Notes: generated by a model not told the origin, from the sequence alone. DNA of 64,000 nt from Acidimicrobiales bacterium (GCA_025463415.1 JAOBWO010000169.1:9894-73893); one strand, 5' to 3'; positions 16,966 through 26,465 are shown, counted from the first letter of the stretch. Made by a program: numbers and translations.

Positions 16966-18960
16966 TCACCCGTCGACGTCGGCGAGGCTCTCGGATCCCG
17001 GCGGACGGAACAGCGCGGCGTAGGTGGCCACGAGCTCCTCGGGGTCCTCGGACGCGATGGCGTCGAGGAACGGTGTGATCCAGGTCGCCGAGATAGGGAC
17101 GACGCCACCCAGCGCACGGTAGGTGTCGCCGACCGGCAGCGGCCGCGCGACCACCGTCGCACCGATGCGCGTCTGGTGGTTCGGGGTGACGTTGACCACC
17201 ATCAGCCGTTCGCCGCTGCCGATGTCGCGGAGCTCGAGCTGCTCCTTGCCGATGCCGACGACCTCGAACACACTTCGCTCGGCCAGCAGCCATTGCGCCG
17301 CCAGGACCGCCTCGTCGTCGGGCAGCAGTTCGCTGCGACTGTCGAGGAACTCGTCGAACCAATCACCCTCGTGCAGCACCAGATCGGAGACCAGCTCTGA
17401 CTCGAGCAGCTCGTCGTACAGCTGATCGTCGTCGTCGGCCAGCAGCTCGGCGAGGGCCATCGCCGTGTCCGCACCGCGAGCGCGCATGAACCGCTTGGCC
17501 TTGTCGTACAGCCACACGGCGCGGTCTGCCAGCGGGAAACCCTCACGACCGAGGTGACATGCCTTGTACTTGCGACCCGAGCCGCACGGGCACGGGTCGT
17601 TGCGGCGCGCCGTCTCGCGTGGACGGTGGGTGGCCCACCCCGCGATCTCCAGCAGCAGCATCTGCGCGGGATCGGGATCGGCGTCGAACTCGTCGTCGTC
17701 GTCGTCGAACGCCGGCGGTTCCACGCCGGCCGCGCTCAGCAGGCGGAACGCGGTCACGGCATCGCCACGATCCGCGGCGAACCCGGCGGCGTCCTCCAGC
17801 ACCAAGGCATGGCCCGCGGCGCCCGGCAGCAGATCGGTCAGCAACCGATCGGCGAGCGCGGCGTCTCCGGACCAGTCCAGTGCACGCGCCAGCAACCACC
17901 CGGGGCCGGGGGTCGGCGTGTCCTGCACCTCGTCGGCGACCGCCATCGCGAAGCTGGCCAGCGCTGGCAGCTCGGTGTCACCGTCGAGGCTGGTCTCCCA
18001 GAACGCCAACGCCACGTCGGCGTCGTCGAGCGTGGCGGCAACACGCCGCGCGACCAACTGTCGTGCGTCCGCATCCGCTCCGAGGCCCTCGGTCTCGTCG
18101 GCCACGTGAGCGGCGAGCGCGCCCACCGCGAACGACAGCTGCTCGACCTGCGCCGACGAGAGGTCATAGTCGAGACGGACGCGGTTGCCGAGGGTCCAGG
18201 CGTCGTAGGCATCCCAGTCGAAGCCGGCCTCGACGACGACCTGCCGGCGCACCTCGAGGCCCGCCGCACGGAACAGCTCCGGCAGCGGTGCCACGGGATG
18301 CTCGACGAACGCCTCGCGATCGACCATCAGCGCCTCGAGGACAACCGATTCACTCACGGCGAACCGCAGCCCGGACGGCACGTCGACGCCGATGTTCACG
18401 TCCGCGCGGCGCGCGAAGCCGGCGCGGATCGCCGCAGCGATCCGCTCGTGCGGCTCGGGCGGCTCCGCGCAACGCGTCCACCGCAGCGATCCACTCGTCA
18501 CGCTCACCGTGGCCCAGCCGTCGGCCAGCCCGTCGAGCGAGCCATCGGGCACTCGGATCACGTCGGTGTCCACGCCGCCGAGCATGACGCCGTCCGTCTC
18601 GATCGGGCCGATCCGCTGACCCGACTCGTCGATCATGTCGACGTCCCCGGCGATCAGCCACCAGGTGAACGGCCCGAGATGAGGCTCCCCGCGCACGAAG
18701 CCGTCGCTCGCGTCGATCGCATCGATCCACACCGTCCACGACGTGCCCTCCAGCAGCGTCGGCACGTGCACGACACCGTCGGCACCATCGCTGAACGACG
18801 TGTCCAGTTGCAGCGCGGCATCGACGGTCTTGCGAACGGTGGCCGCCGAACCCGTCACCGCACCACGCGCGATCAGTTCCTCGACGATCGCGTCGCGGCG
18901 CATCACCGAGGAGCCCACGATCTCGATCAGCGCCGCACGGAGCGTCGGTTCAGCTTCCAT
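16966..18960 (-). CDS. large cytoplasmic protein with internal SEC-C metal-binding motif
   Basis: 664 aa with RNDPCPCGSGRKYKACH at about two-thirds of the length. The rest was not recognised. Confidence 0.7.
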   Translation of the reverse strand: MEAEPTLRAALIEIVGSSVMRRDAIVEELIARGAVTGSAATVRKTVDAALQLDTSFSDGADGVVHVPTLLEGTSWTVWIDAIDASDGFVRGEPHLGPFTWWLIAGDVDMIDESGQRIGPIETDGVMLGGVDTDVIRVPDGSLDGLADGWATVSVTSGSLRWTRCAEPPEPHERIAAAIRAGFARRADVNIGVDVPSGLRFAVSESVVLEALMVDREAFVEHPVAPLPELFRAAGLEVRRQVVVEAGFDWDAYDAWTLGNRVRLDYDLSSAQVEQLSFAVGALAAHVADETEGLGADADARQLVARRVAATLDDADVALAFWETSLDGDTELPALASFAMAVADEVQDTPTPGPGWLLARALDWSGDAALADRLLTDLLPGAAGHALVLEDAAGFAADRGDAVTAFRLLSAAGVEPPAFDDDDDEFDADPDPAQMLLLEIAGWATHRPRETARRNDPCPCGSGRKYKACHLGREGFPLADRAVWLYDKAKRFMRARGADTAMALAELLADDDDQLYDELLESELVSDLVLHEGDWFDEFLDSRSELLPDDEAVLAAQWLLAERSVFEVVGIGKEQLELRDIGSGERLMVVNVTPNHQTRIGATVVARPLPVGDTYRALGGVVPISATWITPFLDAIASEDPEELVATYAALFRPPGSESLADVDG

Positions 18961-19019
18961 CCGCCGATTCTGTCCGATCCCGCAGCCGGATCATGCCGTC
19001 AACGCACCCTCATCCCGCG

Positions 19020-20510
19020 TCACGGGATGCCAATCGCGGCGAGCTCGTCCTCCACGCTGCGGTACATGAAGCCCTCGGGGATCGAATCCGGCTCGTTGCC
19101 GTCGGCGGTGGGGGCCCACGAACGGATGACGGCCAACGCGTTGGTGCTGTTCGGGTCCAGGTACACGTCGATGGTGCCGGTCGTCGGCGATCCGTCGGCG
19201 GCGTTGCCGTTCCAGCTGACGCCTTGGTGCTTGTTGCCGCTGTAGTCGTCGAAGGTGTCGACCGTGTTGAAGACGAGGTTCTGGTTGTCGCCGCCGAGGC
19301 TGCCCTCTGCCGACAGCAACGCCTCGTCGATGCTGGCCTGCGTGGGCAGGTACTCGACAGTGAACGTCAGCTTCCCCGACGTCACCCGAGCTGTCCCACC
19401 GTCGGATGTCACGACCGTGAACCCCGGCGCGAGCGCGAAGCCGATGTTCGCACCGACGAGCACCGTCTGAGTCGGTGTGGTGAGACGGAAGGTGTCGACC
19501 GGTTGGAGATCGATGGGCGTGTCGATCTTCGGCGCATTGGCGAAGCTGCTGACGAACGCGTTGAACTCGGCGTTCGGCAGGCCCATCGTCGTGTCGGTCC
19601 CATAGGTGTCGTAGATCGCGGTCAGGCCGTCGGCTCGCTGGAAGACGTACACCCCGCCGATCAGCCCCACGCCGTTGTCGGCCGTGTCGTCGTACTCGGT
19701 GTAGTAGGTGCCGTACTCGAAGGTCTTGATGGGACTGGGCACGCTGAACCGGAACGACGGGGTGAAGCTGATCGCCGGGGCGTCGTTGACGAAGCCACCG
19801 ATGTAGTCGTTGAACGGATCGACCGGGGACTCACCCGGGCTGCGGGTGACGATCTGCACACCGACCTTGTCCGTGGTGCCATCGGCTCCCTGGAGGGTGT
19901 GCACGCTGCCGGAGACCGAATCGGTCCAACCGTCCGGCAGCGGGACGTACACGCCCTGGCCGAGCTGCACGGCGTTGGGCGGCGTCGCCACCGTCGATGG
20001 CGTCGGCACGGTGGTCGCGACCACCGTGGGAACGGTCAGCGTGATCGGCGGGCTGGTCTGAGCGACGGTCGTGACGGGTGCGGACGTGGTGTCCGGCGCG
20101 GCCTCTGTGGTGGGTGCTGCGGTCTCCACAGTCGCCGGTACGTCCGTGGTGTCGGCGGCATCCGTGGCCTCGGTCGTGTCCACGGTGAGCTCCGTCGCGT
20201 CCGTGACCGACTTCTTGTCGTCGGGCTTCGTGACGAAGTACACGCCGACACCGATCAGCGCGACCACGACGATGATCGCGGCGAGGATCTTGCCGCTGTT
20301 CGACTTCTTCGGCGGCACCTCGCCGATGCCTTGCGGGATGGTCGAAAGCCACGGCGGGTTGCCGGCCGGCCCGCCCGGAGCAGGCGGATAGCCAGGTGCC
20401 ACGGGCACACCCGGGGCGGGGAACGGCGCGCCCGGCTGCGGGACCCCGGGCTGCGGCTGCTGTGGTGGGAACGGGCCGCCGAAGGACCCGGGAGGCGGGA
20501 GGTTGCTCAC
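19020..20510 (-). CDS. membrane-anchored extracellular protein, unknown function
   Basis: Pro-rich N-terminus (PPPGSFGGPFPPQQPQPGVPQPG...), one TM (ILAAIIVVVALIGVGVYFV), a T/A/P-rich linker, and a ~330-aa beta-rich ectodomain. Confidence 0.7.
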   Translation of the reverse strand: MSNLPPPGSFGGPFPPQQPQPGVPQPGAPFPAPGVPVAPGYPPAPGGPAGNPPWLSTIPQGIGEVPPKKSNSGKILAAIIVVVALIGVGVYFVTKPDDKKSVTDATELTVDTTEATDAADTTDVPATVETAAPTTEAAPDTTSAPVTTVAQTSPPITLTVPTVVATTVPTPSTVATPPNAVQLGQGVYVPLPDGWTDSVSGSVHTLQGADGTTDKVGVQIVTRSPGESPVDPFNDYIGGFVNDAPAISFTPSFRFSVPSPIKTFEYGTYYTEYDDTADNGVGLIGGVYVFQRADGLTAIYDTYGTDTTMGLPNAEFNAFVSSFANAPKIDTPIDLQPVDTFRLTTPTQTVLVGANIGFALAPGFTVVTSDGGTARVTSGKLTFTVEYLPTQASIDEALLSAEGSLGGDNQNLVFNTVDTFDDYSGNKHQGVSWNGNAADGSPTTGTIDVYLDPNSTNALAVIRSWAPTADGNEPDSIPEGFMYRSVEDELAAIGIP

Positions 20511-20561
20511 GGGATCGAACAGTAATCCTCGTGGAGGTCGCCAGAGGACGGCTCGCTGCGC

Positions 20562-21014
20562 CTACGGCGTGTCCTTGTAGGTGGCGAGCGCCGTCGACAT
20601 CGCCAGCAGCGTCGCCGGGTCCGATTGGGCCAGTCCCGCGCACACCTGCTGCAAGCGTGACGCGTCCTGCCCGATGAAGTTCCACAGGTCGGTCGCCTTC
20701 TGGTCGCCCAGGTACGCGCCGATCGGGACGTACTCCACGCAATCGCTCACGGATTGGGGACCCAATTGCGGCGGCTCGGCGGGCGACGACTCCGCGATCT
20801 CGACGGTGGTCGTCGTCGCCAGCACGGTTGGCAACGGCTCGCCGGTCCCGGGGCACACGGACGCACCGGCCGTGCCGATCGCTACCACGCAATCGTCGCC
20901 GGAGGCGGCCGGCTGCTGCGCGAGCTGCGTCGAGCTGGAGCAGCCGACGAGCCCGAGGGCCAGGACGATCAGTGTGATACGAGCTCTCCGCACCCCGTGC
21001 AAGGTAGTCGACAC
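20562..21014 (-). CDS. lipoprotein, unknown function
   Basis: Signal plus lipobox ITLIVLALGLVGCSSS. 150 aa with four further Cys residues. Confidence 0.7.
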   Translation of the reverse strand: MSTTLHGVRRARITLIVLALGLVGCSSSTQLAQQPAASGDDCVVAIGTAGASVCPGTGEPLPTVLATTTTVEIAESSPAEPPQLGPQSVSDCVEYVPIGAYLGDQKATDLWNFIGQDASRLQQVCAGLAQSDPATLLAMSTALATYKDTP

Positions 21015-21078
21015 GACGTCGGATCACGTGACGGCTCGCCGCGCACGGCCGGTCGCGAGCGGGCCATAGGGTGAGGCG

Positions 21079-21570
21079 GTGCAGCGGATCCCGAGGCAGT
21101 TGGCCGGCGCCGAACGGCACGTACCGCGCCCCGGATCAGCTGGCGAAGGCACCCTCGCCGACATCCCGACGCTCGTCGCTTCGTCACGTGTGGCTGGCGT
21201 CACGGTGACGCTCGACGGATCCGCCGACCTCGCTCGGCCGACGGCGGAACTGATCGGGCGCGCCACGTTCCGGTTCGTCCAGGAGGCGCTCGCCCACGTG
21301 CACGAGCACGCCCCCGACGCCGCGACCTCGGTGCGGATCGACGGGGCGCCGCGCGGTGGGTTGGACATCGAGATCGTCACCCTCGCTCCCGTCGGTGCCG
21401 CGGTGCTCCTGACACGATCCGGCCCCGGGTTGGCGGGTCTGCGTGAGCGTCTCGAGCTCGTCGGTGGCAGCTTCGCAGCGAGCGAGACCACCGAGGGCGG
21501 GTTGCGTCTCCGTGGATCGCTGCCGTGGCTGGTCGACGAGTTCGCAGTGCGGCCGGTGTCGCGCACGTGA
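21079..21570 (+). pseudogene. orphan, degenerate HATPase_c fragment of a NarX/LiaS-type histidine kinase
   Basis: ATFRFVQEALAHVHEHAP...GPGLAGLRERLELVGGSFAASETTEGGLRLRGSLPW aligns to the C-terminal half of HisKA_3 kinases. The N-box Asn reads His, the DxGxG box is missing (TLAPVG), and no DHp/His domain or TM precedes it. Confidence 0.5.
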
Positions 21571-21621
21571 GCACGGGGTGCGCCGGCCCGCACGGAGGTG
21601 TTGACGGAGCGTGAGGTAGCG

Positions 21622-21665
21622 GCGGGATCCCCGCAAGATCCCAGCAAGATCTCGGCAAGATTCTC
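21622..21665. repeat. four tandem 11-nt units (GCRRGATCYNN)
   Basis: The units are gcgggatcccc, gcaagatccca, gcaagatctcg and gcaagattctc. GCAAGAT recurs at 21633, 21644 and 21655, exactly 11 nt apart. The array lies 36-79 nt upstream of the NERD gene start. Confidence 0.8.
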
Positions 21666-21700
21666 CTCATACATCCGCGGACGCGCCCGATAGATCAATC

Positions 21701-22519
21701 GTGGATCAGCTCACCGAAGTTCGCTGGAAGCGCTACGGGCAGGACCGCGTGTACGTGAACACCGCTGACGGGACGCAGATCGGGCACATCGATCTGCGCT
21801 CGGAGACCGTCGTCGCGGTGGCGCCCGAACACGCCGAGGCGATGGCCCACTGCGCGACGCGATGGCTGCAGCCGGTGAGATCGATCCAACCAGACGGGAC
21901 CGCAGCGCCCGTGCGTGACCTCGCCGCCAACGTCGCCGGCGCGGCCGCACGGGCAAAGCGGGACGAGGTGAACTCCGCAGCGCCAGTGCTCAACCTCATC
22001 GCTCGCGTGCTCGGGATGAAGACCGACGAGCGCGCGTGGCGGATCGGCGCCGCCGGCGAGCGTGAGGTCGGCGAGGAACTGGCGACGTTGCCCAGCGAAT
22101 GGCGGGTCGTGCACGCGGTGGAGGTCGGCGATCGCGGGAGCGACATCGACCACGTCGTCATCGGGCCACCTGGGGTCTTCACGCTGAACTCCAAGGCTCA
22201 CCCAGGTGGGCGGGTCTGGGTCGGCGAGCACGCGGTGCGCGTCAACGGGCATCCGACGCGATACCTGCGCAACTCGCGGTTCGAAGCAGAGCGCGCCAGC
22301 CGGCTGCTTTCGAAGTCGTGTGGCTTCTCGGTGCCTGTGCGGCCGGCGATCGTGTTCGTCGGACTCGACGACTTCACGGTCGCCCGACAGCCGGCCGATG
22401 TCGACGTCACCACGCGTCGCCGGATGCGCGCGTGGCTGACGACACTGCCGATCGCGATCAACGCGGCACAGATCGACGTGATCCACACCGCGGCTCGTCT
22501 GAGCACGAGTTGGCATTGA
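21701..22519 (+). CDS. NERD (nuclease-related domain) protein
   Basis: AAGEREVGEELATLPSEWRVVHAVEVGDRGSDIDHVVIGPPGVFTLNSKAH matches the NERD core (D/E...IDH-hhh...h.E.K-like). GTG start. Confidence 0.75.
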   Translation: MDQLTEVRWKRYGQDRVYVNTADGTQIGHIDLRSETVVAVAPEHAEAMAHCATRWLQPVRSIQPDGTAAPVRDLAANVAGAAARAKRDEVNSAAPVLNLIARVLGMKTDERAWRIGAAGEREVGEELATLPSEWRVVHAVEVGDRGSDIDHVVIGPPGVFTLNSKAHPGGRVWVGEHAVRVNGHPTRYLRNSRFEAERASRLLSKSCGFSVPVRPAIVFVGLDDFTVARQPADVDVTTRRRMRAWLTTLPIAINAAQIDVIHTAARLSTSWH

Positions 22520-22591
22520 GGCGATCGGTGCCGACCGTCCGAGATCGGCCCGCGAAGGTTTCGCGGGTGCGGATGAGGGAAACTGGTTCCC

Positions 22592-23767
22592 ATGCCTGAT
22601 CAATCCGGAAGCTCCTGGGACCGCCTGAACGCGATGGGAGACTCGACCGAACCGATCAAGATCGTTCCGGCCACTCCCGACTACACCGACGTCAACGGTG
22701 GTCTGCCGACGCAGGCCATGCCGGAAGCGCATGCACCGTACGCCGCAACGGCCGCACAGGCACCGTACGCCGCGACGGCCGCGCAGGTGGCTGCCCCCGC
22801 TGCGGCGGCGCAGAGGTTGGTACCGATCCCCGCGGTCGAGCCACCGCTGATCCCGCTCGCACCGGCACCGCAACGTGACTGGGGCGCGGTGTTCATCGGC
22901 GCGTTCGTCGCACTGGTGATCGGAGCCGTGCTCGGCTACCTCGTCGGTCACTCGTCGAAGAGCAACAACCAGGACCTGTCCACGACATCACCGTCGGTGC
23001 TGCCGACCGATCTGAGCACCGGCGGGACGGCCACGTCGATCTCCTCGCAGGACCAGGCTGCGTTCGACGCGCGGGTGAACGACATCTTGTCGCTGTTGAT
23101 CGCACAGGCGCAGCAGCAGGGACACGTGGTGTTGCCGACCCCGTACCCGAAGCTCGACCAACTGCTGTCGCTCTCAGCCAGCTCGGCCGACACCGGAGCA
23201 ACGGTCGCCGGTGACACCAACCAGCAGATCGCAACGCTGACCAAGGCGCGCGACGACCTGACGGCTCAGGTGGCCACCCTGCAGCAGCAATCGATGGATC
23301 TACAGACCCAGTTGACCGAGTCGGAGAACAACCGCATCGAGTTGCAGGCCACCCTGGACACGGTCGATGTCGCCAACTCCCAGACCGCGGCGAACCAGGC
23401 GATGATCACCGACCTGCAGAACCAGCTGGCCGACTCCAAGACCAAGCTCGACACCGCCAACGCGTCGCTCAAGTCCACGCAGGACGACCTCGCCAAGGCC
23501 AACGCCTCCCTGAAGACGACGCAGGACGACCTCGCCAAAGCGAAGGCGACGCTCGATCAGCTCGACGTTCAGGTGCTCGACAACCTCGTCGGCATGGACA
23601 TCGCCAAGGTGCGCGACCTTGCCAAGAACAACGGGTGGAACCTGGTCGAACAGCACTTGCTGGATCCGACGCAGCAGCAGAACATCGTGCTGACCCAGCA
23701 GCCGGCCAAGGGCGCGAACATGATCACGGGCAGCGTCCTGTACGTGCAGATCGCCACGCCCCAGTGA
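22592..23767 (+). CDS. single-pass membrane protein with extracellular coiled coil and C-terminal PASTA domain
   Basis: TM is WGAVFIGAFVALVIGAVLGYLVG. A long Q/L/T/D heptad-like region follows. The C-terminus LVGMDIAKVRDLAKNNGWNLVEQHLLDPTQQQNIVLTQQPAKGANMITGSVLYVQI fits PASTA. Confidence 0.8.
   Translation: MPDQSGSSWDRLNAMGDSTEPIKIVPATPDYTDVNGGLPTQAMPEAHAPYAATAAQAPYAATAAQVAAPAAAAQRLVPIPAVEPPLIPLAPAPQRDWGAVFIGAFVALVIGAVLGYLVGHSSKSNNQDLSTTSPSVLPTDLSTGGTATSISSQDQAAFDARVNDILSLLIAQAQQQGHVVLPTPYPKLDQLLSLSASSADTGATVAGDTNQQIATLTKARDDLTAQVATLQQQSMDLQTQLTESENNRIELQATLDTVDVANSQTAANQAMITDLQNQLADSKTKLDTANASLKSTQDDLAKANASLKTTQDDLAKAKATLDQLDVQVLDNLVGMDIAKVRDLAKNNGWNLVEQHLLDPTQQQNIVLTQQPAKGANMITGSVLYVQIATPQ
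22734..22787 (+). repeat. in-frame 27-nt tandem duplication (APYAATAAQ x2)
   Basis: 22734-22760 and 22761-22787 differ at two silent positions. Confidence 0.9.
23456..23539 (+). repeat. in-frame 42-nt tandem duplication (ANASLK[ST]TQDDLAKA x2)
   Basis: 23456-23497 versus 23498-23539, inside the coiled-coil region. Confidence 0.9.
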
Positions 23768-23798
23768 TGGTGCGGCGAGTCGTGGACCACGTCCCTGG

Positions 23799-24764
23799 CT
23801 AGAAGCCTTGCACCGCCTGCGGCACATACGGAGCCTCGAGCGCTGCTCGCTCCTCTGCGGTGAGGGTCAGCTCGATCGACGCGATCGCGTCGTCGAGGTG
23901 ATGCGGCTTCGTGGCGCCGACGATCGGCGACGACACGGCCTTGTGGCCCGAGACCCATGCCAGCGCGACCTGCGCCATCGGCACGCCGCGTGCCTCGGCG
24001 ATGTCGGCAACCGCCGACACGATCGCGTGTTCCGCTGACGCGTACATCCGCTTGCCGAACTCGTCGGTCTCGCTGCGCGCGGTGGAACCGTCGACTCGGG
24101 TCAGCACGCCGCGCGCGAGCGGACTCCACGGGATGGAGCCGACGCCCTGGTCGAGCAACAGCGGCATCATCTCCCGCTCTTCCTCGCGGTACAGCAGGTT
24201 GTAGTGGTTCTGCATCGTGACGAACTTCGTCCAGCCGTTGACTTCCGCAACGTGCTGGGCCTTCGCGAACTGCCATGCCCACATCGACGAGGCACCGATG
24301 TACAACGCCTTGCCGGCCTTCACCACGTCGTGGAGCGCCTCCATGGTCTCCTCGACCGGCACCCTGCGGTCCCAGCGATGGATCTGGTAGAGGTCGACGT
24401 AGTCGGTGCCGAGCCGGCGCAAGCTGTGGTCGATCTCGGCCATGATCGCCTTGCGGGACAGGCCCTGGCCGTTCGGCCCGGCGTTCATCTGTCCGTGCAC
24501 CTTCGTGGCCAGGACGAGCTCGTCGCGCTTGGCGAAGTCGTTCAGAGCGCGGCCGACGATCTCCTCGCTGGTGCCGTCGGAGTACACGTTGGCAGTATCG
24601 AAGAAGTTGATGCCCGCCTCCACCGCACGCTGGATGAACGGCCTGCTGGCTTCCTCAGGAAGCGACCACGGATGGCCACCGCGCTCGGGCACGCCGTAGC
24701 TCATGCAGCCGAGGCAGATCGCGGACACGTCGAGGCCAGTGGAACCGAGCTTGATGTACTTCAT
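23799..24764 (-). CDS. aldo/keto reductase
   Basis: MKYIKLGSTGLDVSAICLGCMSYG...INFFDTANVYSDGTSEEIVGRAL...DLYQIHRWD are canonical AKR motifs. Confidence 0.9.
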   Translation of the reverse strand: MKYIKLGSTGLDVSAICLGCMSYGVPERGGHPWSLPEEASRPFIQRAVEAGINFFDTANVYSDGTSEEIVGRALNDFAKRDELVLATKVHGQMNAGPNGQGLSRKAIMAEIDHSLRRLGTDYVDLYQIHRWDRRVPVEETMEALHDVVKAGKALYIGASSMWAWQFAKAQHVAEVNGWTKFVTMQNHYNLLYREEEREMMPLLLDQGVGSIPWSPLARGVLTRVDGSTARSETDEFGKRMYASAEHAIVSAVADIAEARGVPMAQVALAWVSGHKAVSSPIVGATKPHHLDDAIASIELTLTAEERAALEAPYVPQAVQGF

Positions 24765-24808
24765 GTCTGCACCTTAGGAGTTCTCGCGGAGGACTGGCCG
24801 GGCGAGCA

Positions 24809-26425
24809 TCAGCCGACGGGATCGACCTCCGCGACCGGTGCCACGACGCCCGGGCGGGCGCTGCTGGCGGCCGGACCGCTGTGCGAGTTGACGGCGGGCA
24901 GGAACTTGTACACCACCACGGCGGCGATCAGTGCGACGCATCCGGCGACGACGCCGGCCAGGTGCATCCCCGAGACGTACGCGTCTCGCGCGATGGTGGA
25001 CACTCGCAGTCCGTCGGCGCCGCCGACCTGCTGCGCCGATTGCAACGCACCGGCCAGGCTCTCTTCGGCCTTGGCCCGCAGCGGACCCGTCAGTGAGGTG
25101 AGCGCAGGGACCAGCTTGTTGCCGTACCGGCTGGCGACGAGGCTGCCGAGCACAGCGACACCGAGGGCACCGCCCAACTCGCGCGTGGTGTCGTTCATCG
25201 CCGACCCCACACCGGCCTTGCCCATCGGCACCGCAGACATGATCGAGCCGGTCATCGACGGGATGATCATCGCCATGCCGAACGCCATGATCATCGTGAT
25301 CGGCAGGATCTCTGCGTACGACGTGTCCTTGCCGACGACGGCGAAGAGGAACATCGCGATCGTCACGCCGGACAGGCCGAAGGCGACCACCTTGTTGGCA
25401 CCGAACTTCGCCGCGAGGCCGGGGGCCCGTGGCGCGCACGTCATCAGGATCGCGGCGAACGGCAGCTGCTTGGCGCCGGCTTCGAGTGTCCCGTAGCCGA
25501 GCACCAGCTGGAAGTACTGGGTCATCAGGAAGAAGAAGCCGAACATCGCGAAGAACGTCAACGTGATGACGCCTGATGCCACGCCGAAGCGCGGATCCAG
25601 GAAGAAGCGCAGGTTCAGCATCGGGAACTCGGTGCGCATCTCCCACCACAGGAACAGACCGATGAGGACGATGGCGACCCCGAAGAGGGTCAGGCTGGTG
25701 CCACTCGCCCAGCCGTTGTGTGGCGCTTCGATGATCGCGTAGACGAGTGCGCTCAGACCGGCGATGGACAGGAGGGCGCCCGTCGGATCGAGACGGTCCG
25801 GATCGGGGTCCTTGGACTTCGGCAGCAGCATGTAGCCGGCGGCGAGCGCGATGGCGATGATCGGCACGTTGACGAGGAACACCGAACCCCACGAGAAGTG
25901 CTCGAGGAGGAAGCCGCTGGCGACCGGGCCGATGGCCGCTCCGCCACCCGACACGCCGGCCCAGATCGCGATGGCCTTGCCGCGTTCGCTCGGGGGGAAG
26001 ACGTTGGTGAGGATCGACAGCGTGGCCGGCATGACGAACGCGGCGCCGAAGCCCATCACCGCACGACCGACGATGATCGCGTTTGCGCTGTCCATGAACG
26101 CGGCGAGCAACGAGCCGAACAGGAAGATCGTGAGCCCGACCTGCAGCGCTCCCTTGCGGCCGTAGCGGTCGCCGATCGTGCCGGCCGTCAGCAGCAGCCC
26201 GGCGAACACGAGACCGTATGCATCGACCATCCACTGCTGCGCAGACGTCGACGCGTTGAGGTCTCGCGCCAGCGTGGGCAGGGCGACGTTCAGCGCGGTG
26301 TTGCCGACGATGACGACCATCAGGCTCGTGCAGAGCACGGCCAGGATCTTCCACCGCCGACCGAAGACCACGGGGTCGATGCCGATCTCGGCGTGCTCGG
26401 AATCAGTCTCTCGGGGGGTGTTCAT
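24809..26425 (-). CDS. MFS transporter, DHA2 (EmrB/QacA-like, 14-TM) family
   Basis: 538 aa with LCTSLMVVIVGNTALNVALPTLARDL and GTIGDRYGRKGAL motifs and about 14 hydrophobic segments. Divergent from a TetR gene. Confidence 0.9.
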   Translation of the reverse strand: MNTPRETDSEHAEIGIDPVVFGRRWKILAVLCTSLMVVIVGNTALNVALPTLARDLNASTSAQQWMVDAYGLVFAGLLLTAGTIGDRYGRKGALQVGLTIFLFGSLLAAFMDSANAIIVGRAVMGFGAAFVMPATLSILTNVFPPSERGKAIAIWAGVSGGGAAIGPVASGFLLEHFSWGSVFLVNVPIIAIALAAGYMLLPKSKDPDPDRLDPTGALLSIAGLSALVYAIIEAPHNGWASGTSLTLFGVAIVLIGLFLWWEMRTEFPMLNLRFFLDPRFGVASGVITLTFFAMFGFFFLMTQYFQLVLGYGTLEAGAKQLPFAAILMTCAPRAPGLAAKFGANKVVAFGLSGVTIAMFLFAVVGKDTSYAEILPITMIMAFGMAMIIPSMTGSIMSAVPMGKAGVGSAMNDTTRELGGALGVAVLGSLVASRYGNKLVPALTSLTGPLRAKAEESLAGALQSAQQVGGADGLRVSTIARDAYVSGMHLAGVVAGCVALIAAVVVYKFLPAVNSHSGPAASSARPGVVAPVAEVDPVG

Positions 26426-26443
26426 GTGGGCGCCTCCTTGCGA

Positions 26444-26465
26444 ATCGCTACGGTACCGTAGCGAT
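26444..26465. promoter_or_regulatory. 22-bp perfect palindrome, candidate TetR operator
   Basis: ATCGCTACGGT|ACCGTAGCGAT lies 19 nt upstream of the MFS start. The half-site ATCGCTACG recurs at 26530-26538, just upstream of the TetR start. Confidence 0.6.

Noticed and set aside
22734-23539. Tandem repeats inside 22592-23767, and the 11-nt array at 21622-21665, considered as a CRISPR-like or VNTR locus.
   Set aside because: There are only two copies each, they are in-frame and inside a coding sequence (or 11 nt long with no spacers), and no cas genes are present. This is not a CRISPR array.
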